From Actinomycetes bacterium (lineage in GTDB: Bacteria; Actinomycetota; Actinomycetes; Nanopelagicales; Nanopelagicaceae): a stretch of 51,960 nucleotides of DNA. The translations under genes were made by a program, and so were the position numbers. The stretch lies in assembly GCA_919902125.1 (NCBI GenBank), contig CAKKQM010000038.1, positions 1 to 51,960 on the forward strand. Direction: 5' to 3'. This document shows positions 31,202 to 40,220 of this stretch, piece after piece. Numbering within the stretch: the first letter of the stretch is position 1; each line of letters begins with the position of its first letter. The notes below the pieces were generated by a model. That model searched no databases. It saw only the letters and a program-made list of their open reading frames with translations, and was not told where the DNA came from.

Positions 31202-32440
31202 ATGCACCGGTTGAATAAATGGAGTCCAGTTACTAGGACCTTAATCCTTCTTGCCCTACTTGCTGGTCTCTTATCTTTTGCAAAATTTGAACATTGCCGA
31301 AGTACTGGTTGGGCCACCCCTGATATCTATGTGCATGCTTGTTATTCAGATATTCCATCACTCTTTTCTGGCCGCGCTTTAGATAATCACCAATGGGCAT
31401 ACAACGGTGGTGACAACGCGGTGGAGTACCCCGTTATTACTGGCACCATTATGTGGGCAACATCTTGGCTGGTGCCATCAGGCGAAAACTCAATTCGCAA
31501 CTACTTTGATGTAAACATTTTATTTATAGTACTGCTCTTAATCGGTACAGTTTTAATTGTAGGAAAGATACGACCGCAGTTTGCATACCTGCTTCCGCTC
31601 TCGCCTGCAGTAATTGCATCTCTCTTTATCAACTGGGACCTCTGGGGCATAGTTTCGATGTTGTTGGCTATCTATTATTTTGATCGCCGCAGACTCAGAG
31701 CGAGTTCAATACTCCTCGCAGTTTCAATCGCCACAAAATTTTTTCCAGTCTTACTTCTCGCCCCCATCATTTTTATTTTTTGGCGGCGAAACGAAATCCG
31801 TGCAATGGGAAAATATATAATTACCGTGACGGCTATCTGGTTTGCAATAAACTTGCCAGTGATGTTGACAACCCCGCAAGGGTGGTGGCGGTTCTACAAA
31901 CTCAATCTTGATCGTGGACCTGACTGGGGTTCTATCTGGTACGCGTTCTCGCTCTTAGGTTTAAATAGCAAGAATCTAAATTACATAACCATCCTTTCTC
32001 TTTTTGCCGTACTTACAGCAATGATGATTTACCTTCTTGCTTTGCCGAGAACTCCGACTCTTACTGAGGTAAGTTTTATATTTCTAGCCGGGGTTCTATG
32101 TGTTGGCAAGGTCTATTCGCCGCAATACGTTCTCTGGTTGGTGCCGTTGGCGGTCATTGCATTAGGAAACACCAGACAACTTTTTGGCTTTTGGATCTGG
32201 CAAGTAGGTGAGGTGATTTATCACATTGCGATCTGGCAGCACTTGGCGCTGGTTCAAGGTGCACATTTTGGCCCTCCTGCGGGCGGCTATGCCATCGCCA
32301 CGTTGATCCGTATTGCCACAACGCTCTATTTCATCGCCATTTTGGTCCGTGCCAGTCTGGCGGAGCGTTCTCCACAGGCTCAAGATCTACATAACCGTCT
32401 GGTTGATTTTCCATTCGGCACCACCACTGGTTACCCTTAG
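31202..32440 (+). CDS. Polytopic membrane protein, GT87/DUF2029-like glycosyltransferase (Rv0051 equivalent)
   Basis: 412 aa with about 10 TM helices, in the conserved position between ponA and rpsF. Confidence 0.65.
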   Translation: MHRLNKWSPVTRTLILLALLAGLLSFAKFEHCRSTGWATPDIYVHACYSDIPSLFSGRALDNHQWAYNGGDNAVEYPVITGTIMWATSWLVPSGENSIRNYFDVNILFIVLLLIGTVLIVGKIRPQFAYLLPLSPAVIASLFINWDLWGIVSMLLAIYYFDRRRLRASSILLAVSIATKFFPVLLLAPIIFIFWRRNEIRAMGKYIITVTAIWFAINLPVMLTTPQGWWRFYKLNLDRGPDWGSIWYAFSLLGLNSKNLNYITILSLFAVLTAMMIYLLALPRTPTLTEVSFIFLAGVLCVGKVYSPQYVLWLVPLAVIALGNTRQLFGFWIWQVGEVIYHIAIWQHLALVQGAHFGPPAGGYAIATLIRIATTLYFIAILVRASLAERSPQAQDLHNRLVDFPFGTTTGYP

Positions 32441-32539
32441 GCCCCTTCGCTGGTTGGTTTACTGATCAGTTGAGGGCAATAACCCTCCTGTCACGGAAAT
32501 ACCGTGGCCGCTTTAGTCCAGAGGAGGTCGGGTTAACGT

Positions 32540-32824
32540 ATGCGTCACTATGAATTAATGGTCATTCTCGATCCAGAACTAGAAGAACGTACAGTCACTC
32601 CAAGCCTTGAGACATATCTCAAGATCATCAAAGAAAGTGGTGGCCGCGTCGACAAGCTCGATGTTTGGGGCAAGCGCCGTATGTCTTTTGAGATCCAGAA
32701 GAAGTCTGAAGGAATCTACGCAGTGGTTGATATGCACTGCGAGCCAGCTGCCATCAAAGAGTTGGACCGTCAACTTAATTTGAATGAAGCAGTTCTGCGC
32801 ACCAAAGTTATGCGACCTGAATAA
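32540..32824 (+). CDS. rpsF: 30S ribosomal protein S6
   Basis: 94 aa beginning [12 protein letters not shown]. Confidence 0.95.
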   Translation: MRHYELMVILDPELEERTVTPSLETYLKIIKESGGRVDKLDVWGKRRMSFEIQKKSEGIYAVVDMHCEPAAIKELDRQLNLNEAVLRTKVMRPE

Positions 32825-32884
32825 TTCAAAACTATTTAGTGATAACTTTTTAAGTATCAAAAGCGGATAAGAGAAGAGAAAAAA

Positions 32885-33388
32885 ATGGCAGCAGGAGATA
32901 CAAACATCACCATGATCGGCAATCTTGTCGATGATCCAGAACTTCGCTTCACTCCTTCAGGTGCGGCTGTAGCTAAATTCCGTGTTGCCTCCACCCCTCG
33001 TTATCTTGATAAGAATACGAATGAGTGGAAAGACGGAGACAGTCTTTTCTTGCAGTGCAACATTTGGAGACAAGCAGCAGAGAATGTTGCTGAGTCACTT
33101 ACCAAAGGTATGCGCGTCATTCTCTCTGGTCGCTTAAAACAACGTTCTTACGAAACCAAAGAAGGCGAAAAGCGCACTGTCTTTGAAGTAGAAGTTGATG
33201 AAGTAGGTCCATCACTTCGCAACGCAACCGCGAAGGTCACTAAGACCACTCGCCAAGGCGGCGCTGCAGGCGGCGGATTTTCCGCTCCATCCACCGAAAC
33301 TTTCAACGACGATCCATGGGCAGCTGCATCAACTTCTCCAGCTAGCGGCGGATGGGCAACCACCACCAACGAACAACCACCGTTCTAA
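32885..33388 (+). CDS. ssb: Single-stranded DNA-binding protein
   Basis: 167 aa with an OB fold ([16 protein letters not shown]), a Gly-rich linker and a C-terminal PPF tip. Confidence 0.95.
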   Translation: MAAGDTNITMIGNLVDDPELRFTPSGAAVAKFRVASTPRYLDKNTNEWKDGDSLFLQCNIWRQAAENVAESLTKGMRVILSGRLKQRSYETKEGEKRTVFEVEVDEVGPSLRNATAKVTKTTRQGGAAGGGFSAPSTETFNDDPWAAASTSPASGGWATTTNEQPPF

Positions 33389-33443
33389 ATCCACTAACCA
33401 ATCCATTCCTGCGTTAGCAGGGCACCCGTAAAGGAGCACCACA

Positions 33444-33731
33444 ATGGGAGCACGTAATAACAGAGCACTCAAAGAGCCGAAGAACAAATCAGCTAAGGCT
33501 GCTGCGCTCAATAAGAAGTTTAAGAAGAAGCCATGCAGTTTCTGTCGCGACAAGGTGACTTATATCGATTACAAAGATATTGCCACCTTGCGTAAGTACA
33601 TCTCCGATCGCGGAAAGATCCGCGCTCGCCGTGTCACAGGAGCATGCACACAACACCAACGCTCGGTTGCAACTGCTGTTAAGAACAGTCGCGAAGTTGC
33701 ACTCTTGCCCTACACCTCAACTGCGCGATAA
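33444..33731 (+). CDS. rpsR: 30S ribosomal protein S18
   Basis: 95 aa with [15 protein letters not shown] and [11 protein letters not shown]. Confidence 0.95.
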   Translation: MGARNNRALKEPKNKSAKAAALNKKFKKKPCSFCRDKVTYIDYKDIATLRKYISDRGKIRARRVTGACTQHQRSVATAVKNSREVALLPYTSTAR

Positions 33732-33742
33732 GGGGATCAAAA

Positions 33743-34189
33743 ATGAAACTAATCCTTACTCGTGAAGTCTCAGGTCTGGGTCGCGCTGGCGATGTTGTAA
33801 CTGTCAAAGATGGCTTCGCACGCAATTTCCTTCTGCCAGGTGGCAATGCAATTGCATGGTCACTCGGTGGAGAGAAACATATCGAAGGAATCCGTCGCGC
33901 TCGCGCATCACGTGAGATCCGCGATCTTGATCACGCCAAAGAGATCAAGGCATCACTCGAAGCCGCAACCATTACTGTCTTGGTGAAGGTCGGTAGCGCA
34001 GGACGTCTCTTCGGTTCGGTTACTGATAAAGATGTTGCTGTTGCCATTAAAGCTGCATCGGGTCTTGATATCGACCGCCATGACATCAAACTTGCTGGTC
34101 ACATCAAGAAGATCGGTATCCACACAGTAAAGGTCTCACTGACCAACCATGTCGTAGCTAACGTCTCAATAACGGTCGTTGCTGGATAA
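33743..34189 (+). CDS. rplI: 50S ribosomal protein L9
   Basis: 148 aa with MKLILTREVSGLG and FARNFLLP. Confidence 0.95.
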   Translation: MKLILTREVSGLGRAGDVVTVKDGFARNFLLPGGNAIAWSLGGEKHIEGIRRARASREIRDLDHAKEIKASLEAATITVLVKVGSAGRLFGSVTDKDVAVAIKAASGLDIDRHDIKLAGHIKKIGIHTVKVSLTNHVVANVSITVVAG

Positions 34190-34206
34190 GTAATCCCTTA
34201 ACTCTT

Positions 34207-34240
34207 AACGGGCTCGCTGATTACAGCGGGTCCGTTTTGG
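34207..34240 (+). terminator. Intrinsic terminator of the rpsF-ssb-rpsR-rplI operon
   Basis: The stem AACGGGCUCGC / GCGGGUCCGUU has 11 bp including two G-U pairs, with an 8-nt loop and a following T4 run. It starts 17 nt after the rplI stop and overlaps the last codons of the convergent kinase-like gene. Confidence 0.5.
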
Positions 34241-35165
34241 TTGCTGCTTGTACCAACATTTTCTGGAAAAAATCGCTTGAAAATTCTGATTGAGCTTTCT
34301 CATATTTCTCCATACCCCACGACCAGAAATCAAAATCAAGTTCAGAGATAGAACTCTGTATGGAAGCCCAAAGAGTCCAACCATATTTTCCTAAAAGGGC
34401 TTGTAGCCAAGCACGCGCGAACATCTCTGGTCTATGAGTGCCGTAGTACGCATCCACTAACTCTTCAAGATGTTCTAAATCAAGGTAAGCCTCGGCCCAA
34501 ATATTGCCTAACTCAAAGCAGGCGTCGTTATTGCCTGAGTATTCATAATCAATAATCCATATCTGTTTTCCATCATCGATGAAATTGCCGGGCAATAAAT
34601 CGTTATTGCATGGCACCGTACCGACATCAAGGATTTTCATCGCACCGCGCATTTGTAAAATTTTATCGGCAAAGTCTAGATAGTTATTAGGTAATCGAAA
34701 TCCGCGTTCTTGCACAATCCCTAAGTAGGACTTCTGAATATCGAACATATTAAAATCGCGAACGAAAGGCTTAGCCGAATGCAGGGTGTGACAACTTTCT
34801 GCGATTCGTGGCAAGTTTTTCGCCACATCACTGGAGGAGTATGTACTGCCTTCGAGATATCCGATCACGAGCAATCCCTGACCCGGTAGATAGTCGTGGA
34901 TCGGTGCTCCAACTCCTACCTCGGCGGCCAGTTTCGAATTCTGGTATTCCGATTCACGGTCGATAGAAAGCAATGCTGAACTGTTACTGGAAATTCGTGC
35001 AACATATTTTTCAGAGTTACAGTTAACCAATAAGTTGCGATTAGTTAATCCGCCAGATAATTCATGCAGCGAATCTCGATTGCGCAATCGTGGGACTTTA
35101 TCTAGCAGGGTGCCAAACGTCGACTCTAGGGATGTGCTGGAGTGCATCACCAGTTCAGGATACAT
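34221..35165 (-). CDS. Choline/ethanolamine kinase-family phosphotransferase (APH fold)
   Basis: 314 aa with a Brenner-like motif, PCNNDLLPGNFI, and a choline-kinase-like motif, IIDYEYSGNND. Confidence 0.7.
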   Translation of the reverse strand: MYPELVMHSSTSLESTFGTLLDKVPRLRNRDSLHELSGGLTNRNLLVNCNSEKYVARISSNSSALLSIDRESEYQNSKLAAEVGVGAPIHDYLPGQGLLVIGYLEGSTYSSSDVAKNLPRIAESCHTLHSAKPFVRDFNMFDIQKSYLGIVQERGFRLPNNYLDFADKILQMRGAMKILDVGTVPCNNDLLPGNFIDDGKQIWIIDYEYSGNNDACFELGNIWAEAYLDLEHLEELVDAYYGTHRPEMFARAWLQALLGKYGWTLWASIQSSISELDFDFWSWGMEKYEKAQSEFSSDFFQKMLVQAATKTDPL

Positions 35166-35172
35166 TTCTTAC

Positions 35173-37623
35173 ATGTCTCAGCCAGGTATCCCGACTCGAG
35201 CGAAAATAGTGATCATAGGTGGAGGGGTCGGTGGAACTTCCACTGCTTATCATTTGAGCGAGTTAGGCGAGAAAGACGTTGTATTGCTAGATCGAAGCGA
35301 TCTAACCAGCGGTTCAACTTTCCATTCTGCAGGGCTAGTTGGCCAATTACGAGCCGACCCCACATTAACCAAGATGAATATGCATTCGGTTGAGCTCTAT
35401 CGCAAACTTGAAGTGAGTGAAACGCCAGCAGGATGGAAAGAGTGCGGAAGCATCAAACTTGCATCCTCGCCTGAACGTATGGAAGAAATCCGTAGGCAGA
35501 TTGGCTGGGCGCGAACTTTTGGTCTAGATCTCAACGAGATATCCCCTAGGCAGGCCCAAGACCTTTTCCCTTTAATTGATTTAGATGGAGTCGTTGGTGC
35601 TTGTTACCTAGCCTCAGATGGTCAAGTAGATCCATCACAGTTAGCTCAAGCCCTTGCCTCGGGAGCAAGACGTGGTGGCGTAAAGATACTCACTCATACA
35701 AGAGTTACCGCAATCCGAACAAATAATGGTCACGTAACGCAGGTTGAGACAGATAAAGGAACCATTGAGTGTGAAGTTGTCGTCAACTGTGGCGGCATGT
35801 TTGCAGCCGAAATTGGGCGTCTGGTTGATGTAAGAATTCCCATTATTCCTATGAGCCATCAATACTTGATAACTGAGAACTTTTTGCCAGCAGGAACACC
35901 ACAACTTCCATCTCTGCGGGATCCAGATCTTCTCATTTATTTCCGCCAGGAAGTAAGTGGGCTATTGATGGGCGGTTACGAGCGAAATTCACGCGCATGG
36001 ATGACCGATTACGAAAACCTAGACAGAATCCCACAGGATTTTAATGGCAAGTTACTTCCGCAAGAGTGGGATCGATTCGAAGAGATCGCCATCAACTCGC
36101 AGAAGCGGGTACCGAAAATGGGGGAAGTGGGCGTTAAGAATTTCATCAATGGTCCCGAAGGATTTACACCAGATAACGAGTTCTGCTTAGGAGAGAGCGA
36201 AGTTGGTGGTTTCTATGTAGCAGCAGGATTCTGCGCGCATGGTATTGCCGGTGCAGGTGGTATCGGCCAAGTAATGGCTGAGTGGATCGTGGCTGGCGAA
36301 CCAACCATGGATTTATGGCATATGGATATTCGACGGTTTGGAAACTCATACAAATCTCCCGATTTTACTTTGCAACGCGTTACTGAGAATTACGAGGCCT
36401 ATTACGACATTCATTATCCAGGTGAAGAGCGTCAGAGTGCCCGCCCGCTAATGAAATCTCCAGTCTATGAGTGGCACAGCCAAGTTGGCGCGGTATTCGG
36501 CGAAAAAGCAAGTTGGGAAAGAGTGAATTACTATTCGACCAATCTTGGGGATGATGAATGTAAGCCTTATGGATGGGCTGGGAAAAATTGGTCATCTGCG
36601 GTGAGAAACGAGCATCTTGCAACCCGCAAAAGTGCAGGACTATTTGACGAATCGAGTTTTGCTAAATGCATTGTGCGGGGGATTCAGGCTGCTGAATTTT
36701 TGAACTACGTCTGCGCAAACGATGTTGTCAAAGGCGTAGGACGGACAATTTATACGCAAGCCCTTAATACTCGAGGTGGAATCGAATCAGATTACACAGT
36801 CACTCAGACTGGTGATCAGGAATTTATGATCGTTACTGGCACTGCTTTTGGTACTCATGATTTCGGATGGCTAGAAAAGCAACGGCGTGAACAGAATTTC
36901 GGTGTCGTAGAAATTGAAGAGATTACAACATCGCTCGCGTGTTTTGGTCTCTGGGGTCCACGGTCGCGAGAAATATTACAGAGGCTTACTTCTTACGATT
37001 TAAGCCATGAGAATTTCCCATTTATGCATTCGCGTAAAATTACGCTAGCTGGCGTAGATCTGCGCGCCACGCGGATCACTTATGTCGGTGAATTAGGATG
37101 GGAACTTTATTTACCCGTTGAAACAAGTTTAAGTCTTTGGAAAGAGATAATCAACGCTGGTAAAGAATTTGGCATGATGGCATGCGGCTATAGAGCGATT
37201 GAATCACTTCGGTTAGAGAAGGGTTATCGCGCTTGGGGGGCCGAGATTTCAACGGAAACAAATCCATGGGAAGCTGGGCTTGGTTTTGCTCTAGCTATGA
37301 AGAAGAACTCTTTTGTCGGTAAGAGCACCCTACTTGTTTTAAAAGAAAATGGAATGAGGAAACTTGTACCGATTCTCTTTGAGGATATTCGCCAAGTTCC
37401 ATTAGGCAACGAGCCCATTCGAGTAGGGAGCGAAATTATTGGCCGTGTGAAAAGCGGTGGTCAGGGTTACACAATCAATAAAGCTATCGGGTACGCGTAT
37501 TTGCCAATAAGGTATGCCGAACCAGGCGTATCCGTGGAAGTGGAATTTTTTGGAGATTGGAAGCAAGGTGTCGTGGCGACCGAACCGTTATTTGATCCCA
37601 CTGGCTCTCACATCCGCTCGTAG
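35173..37623 (+). CDS. Dimethylglycine/sarcosine dehydrogenase-like FAD oxidoreductase fused to a GcvT folate-binding domain
   Basis: ATG at 35173 gives MSQPGIPTRAKIVIIGGGVGGTSTAYHL (dinucleotide fold). The C-terminal roughly 400 aa is aminomethyltransferase-like (LRLEKGYRAWG). The track start (35035) lies inside the divergent kinase-like gene. Confidence 0.85.
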   Translation: MSQPGIPTRAKIVIIGGGVGGTSTAYHLSELGEKDVVLLDRSDLTSGSTFHSAGLVGQLRADPTLTKMNMHSVELYRKLEVSETPAGWKECGSIKLASSPERMEEIRRQIGWARTFGLDLNEISPRQAQDLFPLIDLDGVVGACYLASDGQVDPSQLAQALASGARRGGVKILTHTRVTAIRTNNGHVTQVETDKGTIECEVVVNCGGMFAAEIGRLVDVRIPIIPMSHQYLITENFLPAGTPQLPSLRDPDLLIYFRQEVSGLLMGGYERNSRAWMTDYENLDRIPQDFNGKLLPQEWDRFEEIAINSQKRVPKMGEVGVKNFINGPEGFTPDNEFCLGESEVGGFYVAAGFCAHGIAGAGGIGQVMAEWIVAGEPTMDLWHMDIRRFGNSYKSPDFTLQRVTENYEAYYDIHYPGEERQSARPLMKSPVYEWHSQVGAVFGEKASWERVNYYSTNLGDDECKPYGWAGKNWSSAVRNEHLATRKSAGLFDESSFAKCIVRGIQAAEFLNYVCANDVVKGVGRTIYTQALNTRGGIESDYTVTQTGDQEFMIVTGTAFGTHDFGWLEKQRREQNFGVVEIEEITTSLACFGLWGPRSREILQRLTSYDLSHENFPFMHSRKITLAGVDLRATRITYVGELGWELYLPVETSLSLWKEIINAGKEFGMMACGYRAIESLRLEKGYRAWGAEISTETNPWEAGLGFALAMKKNSFVGKSTLLVLKENGMRKLVPILFEDIRQVPLGNEPIRVGSEIIGRVKSGGQGYTINKAIGYAYLPIRYAEPGVSVEVEFFGDWKQGVVATEPLFDPTGSHIRS

Positions 37624-37663
37624 TAGGCGAGGGTCTCAAATTATGAGACTTTAGAAAAAACTT

Positions 37664-37800
37664 TCCTCCACAGGGCGTAGAAATCTAATGAGGCTCTGAC
37701 CTGCGCTTTTAGGGTGAAATACTCAATTTTTTGGAGTTCTCCACATTTAATCAACAGGTGCTTGCACAGAAAACAGAGGGTTATTCCCTTGCTTTCCACA
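37664..37800 (+). promoter_or_regulatory. Three co-oriented DnaA-box-like motifs upstream of dnaB
   Basis: TCCTCCACA 37664-37672 has 2 mismatches. TTCTCCACA 37737-37745 has 1 mismatch and is identical to the box at 3430. CTTTCCACA 37792-37800 has 2 mismatches. All three share a TCCACA core. Confidence 0.35.
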
Positions 37801-37888
37801 GAGCCAGAGGGTGGTTCTCGCTTTCTTAGCTCTCTCATCCATACCGTTGGCCATGTGCCATGTCAGTGGCGACTGAAAGGGTAATTGC

Positions 37889-39289
37889 GTGAGTATTACC
37901 GAATTACCGCAACGCTCCAACCGTTCCGAGCCGGAGTTCGAGCGCACCCCGCCGCAAGATTTAATCGCTGAACAGAGCGTGCTCGGTGGAATGTTGCTGA
38001 GCAAAGATGCAATTGCAGATGTTGTTGAAGTCTTACGCGAACGCGACTTCTACCGCCCGGCGCACGAGATTATCTACGATGCCATTCTTGATTTATACGG
38101 TCATGGCGAACCTGTAGACGCAGTTACGGTCTCTGCCGAACTCACAAAACGCGGTGATATTGCGCGCGCTGGCGGTGCTCCATATCTGCACACACTGATT
38201 TCATCAGTGCCAACTGCAGCCAACGCCGGTTACTACGCAAAGATTGTCCGTGAACGGGCAATTATGCGACGCCTTATTGAAGCGGGCACCAAGATTGTTC
38301 AACTTGGTTACGCCGCTGAAGGTGATGTCGATGAAACCGTCGACCAAGCCCAAGCCGAGATTTACTCCGTTACTGAGCGTCGCGCCAATGAAGATTACGT
38401 GCAACTAAGTACTTTGTTGCCGCAAGCACTCGATGAGATTGAAGCAATCTCCAAGGGTGTTGGCGCGGAAGGCATTAAGACTGGATTTAAAGATCTCGAC
38501 ATGCTTACCAACGGACTGCACCCTGGCAACATGATCGTTCTTGCTGCACGTCCTGCTGTAGGTAAGTCGACGTTCGGCCTTGATGTCGCGCGCTATGCAT
38601 CTATCCATGGCGGTAATACTTCAGTCATCTTCTCTCTGGAAATGAGCCGATCTGAAATCACGATGCGTATGTTGTCGGCCGAAGCACGGGTTGGTCTCAA
38701 CAACATCCGCTCCGGAAACTTAAGCGATGAAGAATGGTCGCGCCTTGCCAGACGTATGGGAGAAATTTCAGCGGCGCCACTTTTTATCGACGACTCTCCC
38801 AATCTTTCATTGATGGAGATCCGCGCAAAGGCGCGCCGTCTTAAACAGCGTCACGATTTAAAGTTGATTGTTATCGACTACCTACAATTAATGACCAGTG
38901 GCAAACGTGTTGAAAATCGTCAGCAGGAAGTCTCTGAATTCTCGCGTCAATTAAAGCTTTTGGCGAAGGAACTCGAAGTCCCTGTTATCGCCATCTCACA
39001 GCTCAATCGTTCCCCGGAACAGCGCTCAGATAAGAAACCGATGCTCTCGGACCTCCGCGAATCTGGTTCGATTGAACAAGATGCTGACGTTGTTATTTTG
39101 CTCCACCGCGACGATCTCTACGACAGCCAGAATCGTTCAGGGGAAGCAGATTTGATCATTGCTAAGCACCGTAACGGACCAACTCGCACAATCACCGTTT
39201 CTGCCCAACTTCACTTTGCACGTTTTGTTGATATGCCACAGAGCTCGGCGCCACAGGATTACACCCAGCAACGAGGTGAAAATAGTTAA
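37889..39289 (+). CDS. dnaB: Replicative DNA helicase DnaB
   Basis: 466 aa with N-terminal PPQDLIAEQSVLGGML and Walker A ARPAVGKST. No intein. Confidence 0.95.
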   Translation: MSITELPQRSNRSEPEFERTPPQDLIAEQSVLGGMLLSKDAIADVVEVLRERDFYRPAHEIIYDAILDLYGHGEPVDAVTVSAELTKRGDIARAGGAPYLHTLISSVPTAANAGYYAKIVRERAIMRRLIEAGTKIVQLGYAAEGDVDETVDQAQAEIYSVTERRANEDYVQLSTLLPQALDEIEAISKGVGAEGIKTGFKDLDMLTNGLHPGNMIVLAARPAVGKSTFGLDVARYASIHGGNTSVIFSLEMSRSEITMRMLSAEARVGLNNIRSGNLSDEEWSRLARRMGEISAAPLFIDDSPNLSLMEIRAKARRLKQRHDLKLIVIDYLQLMTSGKRVENRQQEVSEFSRQLKLLAKELEVPVIAISQLNRSPEQRSDKKPMLSDLRESGSIEQDADVVILLHRDDLYDSQNRSGEADLIIAKHRNGPTRTITVSAQLHFARFVDMPQSSAPQDYTQQRGENS

Positions 39290-40206
39290 TGGGCTGCGCT
39301 GCGTGCACGATCAGCGGTAATAATGCCAACGATTACAACAACGCCACCGATTAATTGAATAGGCCTCCAGATTTCACTGAGCCACCACCAAGCAAAAGCC
39401 CCCGCAAAGACTGGTTCAAGCATTCCGATAACACTGCTGGTTGATGCCGAGAGTTGCTTGAGGCCATGCAGAATGGATATGTACGGGACGATTGTCCCCA
39501 TGACGATTATCCAGAGAATCAATACCCAGCCAGGTGAGTCGTAATTACTAAAAATTCCTAGCAAGTTGATCTTCTCGCTAAAAACCTTGGTTGGGAAACT
39601 CCATAGTGGCGTTGCTATTGCCCAGACCAAGGTAGCAAAGCCAAGTCCCCAAACAGTGAGCGTGTCAGTACTTCGCTGCGCGCCGAGTTTTTCACCAAGG
39701 AGAAAATAAGCGGCCAGTGCAAATGCGTCAAGGAATGCCGCAATAACGCCAATCCCATCCAGCGTCATGCCGCGCCATACTTGTGCAACTAAGAGCAGGC
39801 CAGAAAAACCCAGCGCAATCGATAGCCACATGAGTTTGGGTACAAATTTTTTCCGCACAAATCGGATGTAGAGCACAATCCAAATTGGCGCAGTGAATTC
39901 AATAATTAAAGCAATACTAACGTGCATACGTGCGATAGCAATGAAGTACCCCACTTGTACTGCAGCAAAGCCAATAACACCGTATACCGCCAGCCAAGGA
40001 AGCTCAGTTCTAGATGTCTTGAGCGATGCACCTTTACGGATTAAAACGTAGATGAGAAGAATAAGAAATGCACCGGTACAACGGACTTGAGTCAATCTCC
40101 AAGCAGATAAACCGCTTGTCAGTACCAATTTGGAGATGATGCCATTGAACGCAAAGGCAAGCGCTCCAAAGACAAGAAAACCTTCAGCGCGAAGGGATTT
40201 AAGCAT
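39286..40206 (-). CDS. EamA/DMT-family transporter
   Basis: 306 aa with 10 TM helices. It shares a TTAA stop-stop overlap with dnaB. Confidence 0.8.
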   Translation of the reverse strand: MLKSLRAEGFLVFGALAFAFNGIISKLVLTSGLSAWRLTQVRCTGAFLILLIYVLIRKGASLKTSRTELPWLAVYGVIGFAAVQVGYFIAIARMHVSIALIIEFTAPIWIVLYIRFVRKKFVPKLMWLSIALGFSGLLLVAQVWRGMTLDGIGVIAAFLDAFALAAYFLLGEKLGAQRSTDTLTVWGLGFATLVWAIATPLWSFPTKVFSEKINLLGIFSNYDSPGWVLILWIIVMGTIVPYISILHGLKQLSASTSSVIGMLEPVFAGAFAWWWLSEIWRPIQLIGGVVVIVGIITADRARSAAH

Positions 40207-40220
40207 TCATGGAGCCTACT

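Noticed and set aside
35035-35172. 46-codon 5' extension of the dimethylglycine-dehydrogenase-like ORF. Analogous extensions occur at 28726-28812 (DUF5318-like), 42048-42134 (FadE) and 13888-13908 (dnaA).
   Set aside because: The extensions overlap neighbouring genes or lack homology. Internal ATG/GTG codons sit right before the conserved N-terminal motifs, two of them with good Shine-Dalgarno sequences.
37850-37863. Tandem duplication GCCATGT-GCCATGT and a 7-codon uORF (ATGTGCCATGTCAGTGGCGACTGA) just upstream of dnaB
   Set aside because: It is too short to distinguish from chance. No Shine-Dalgarno sequence precedes the uORF.
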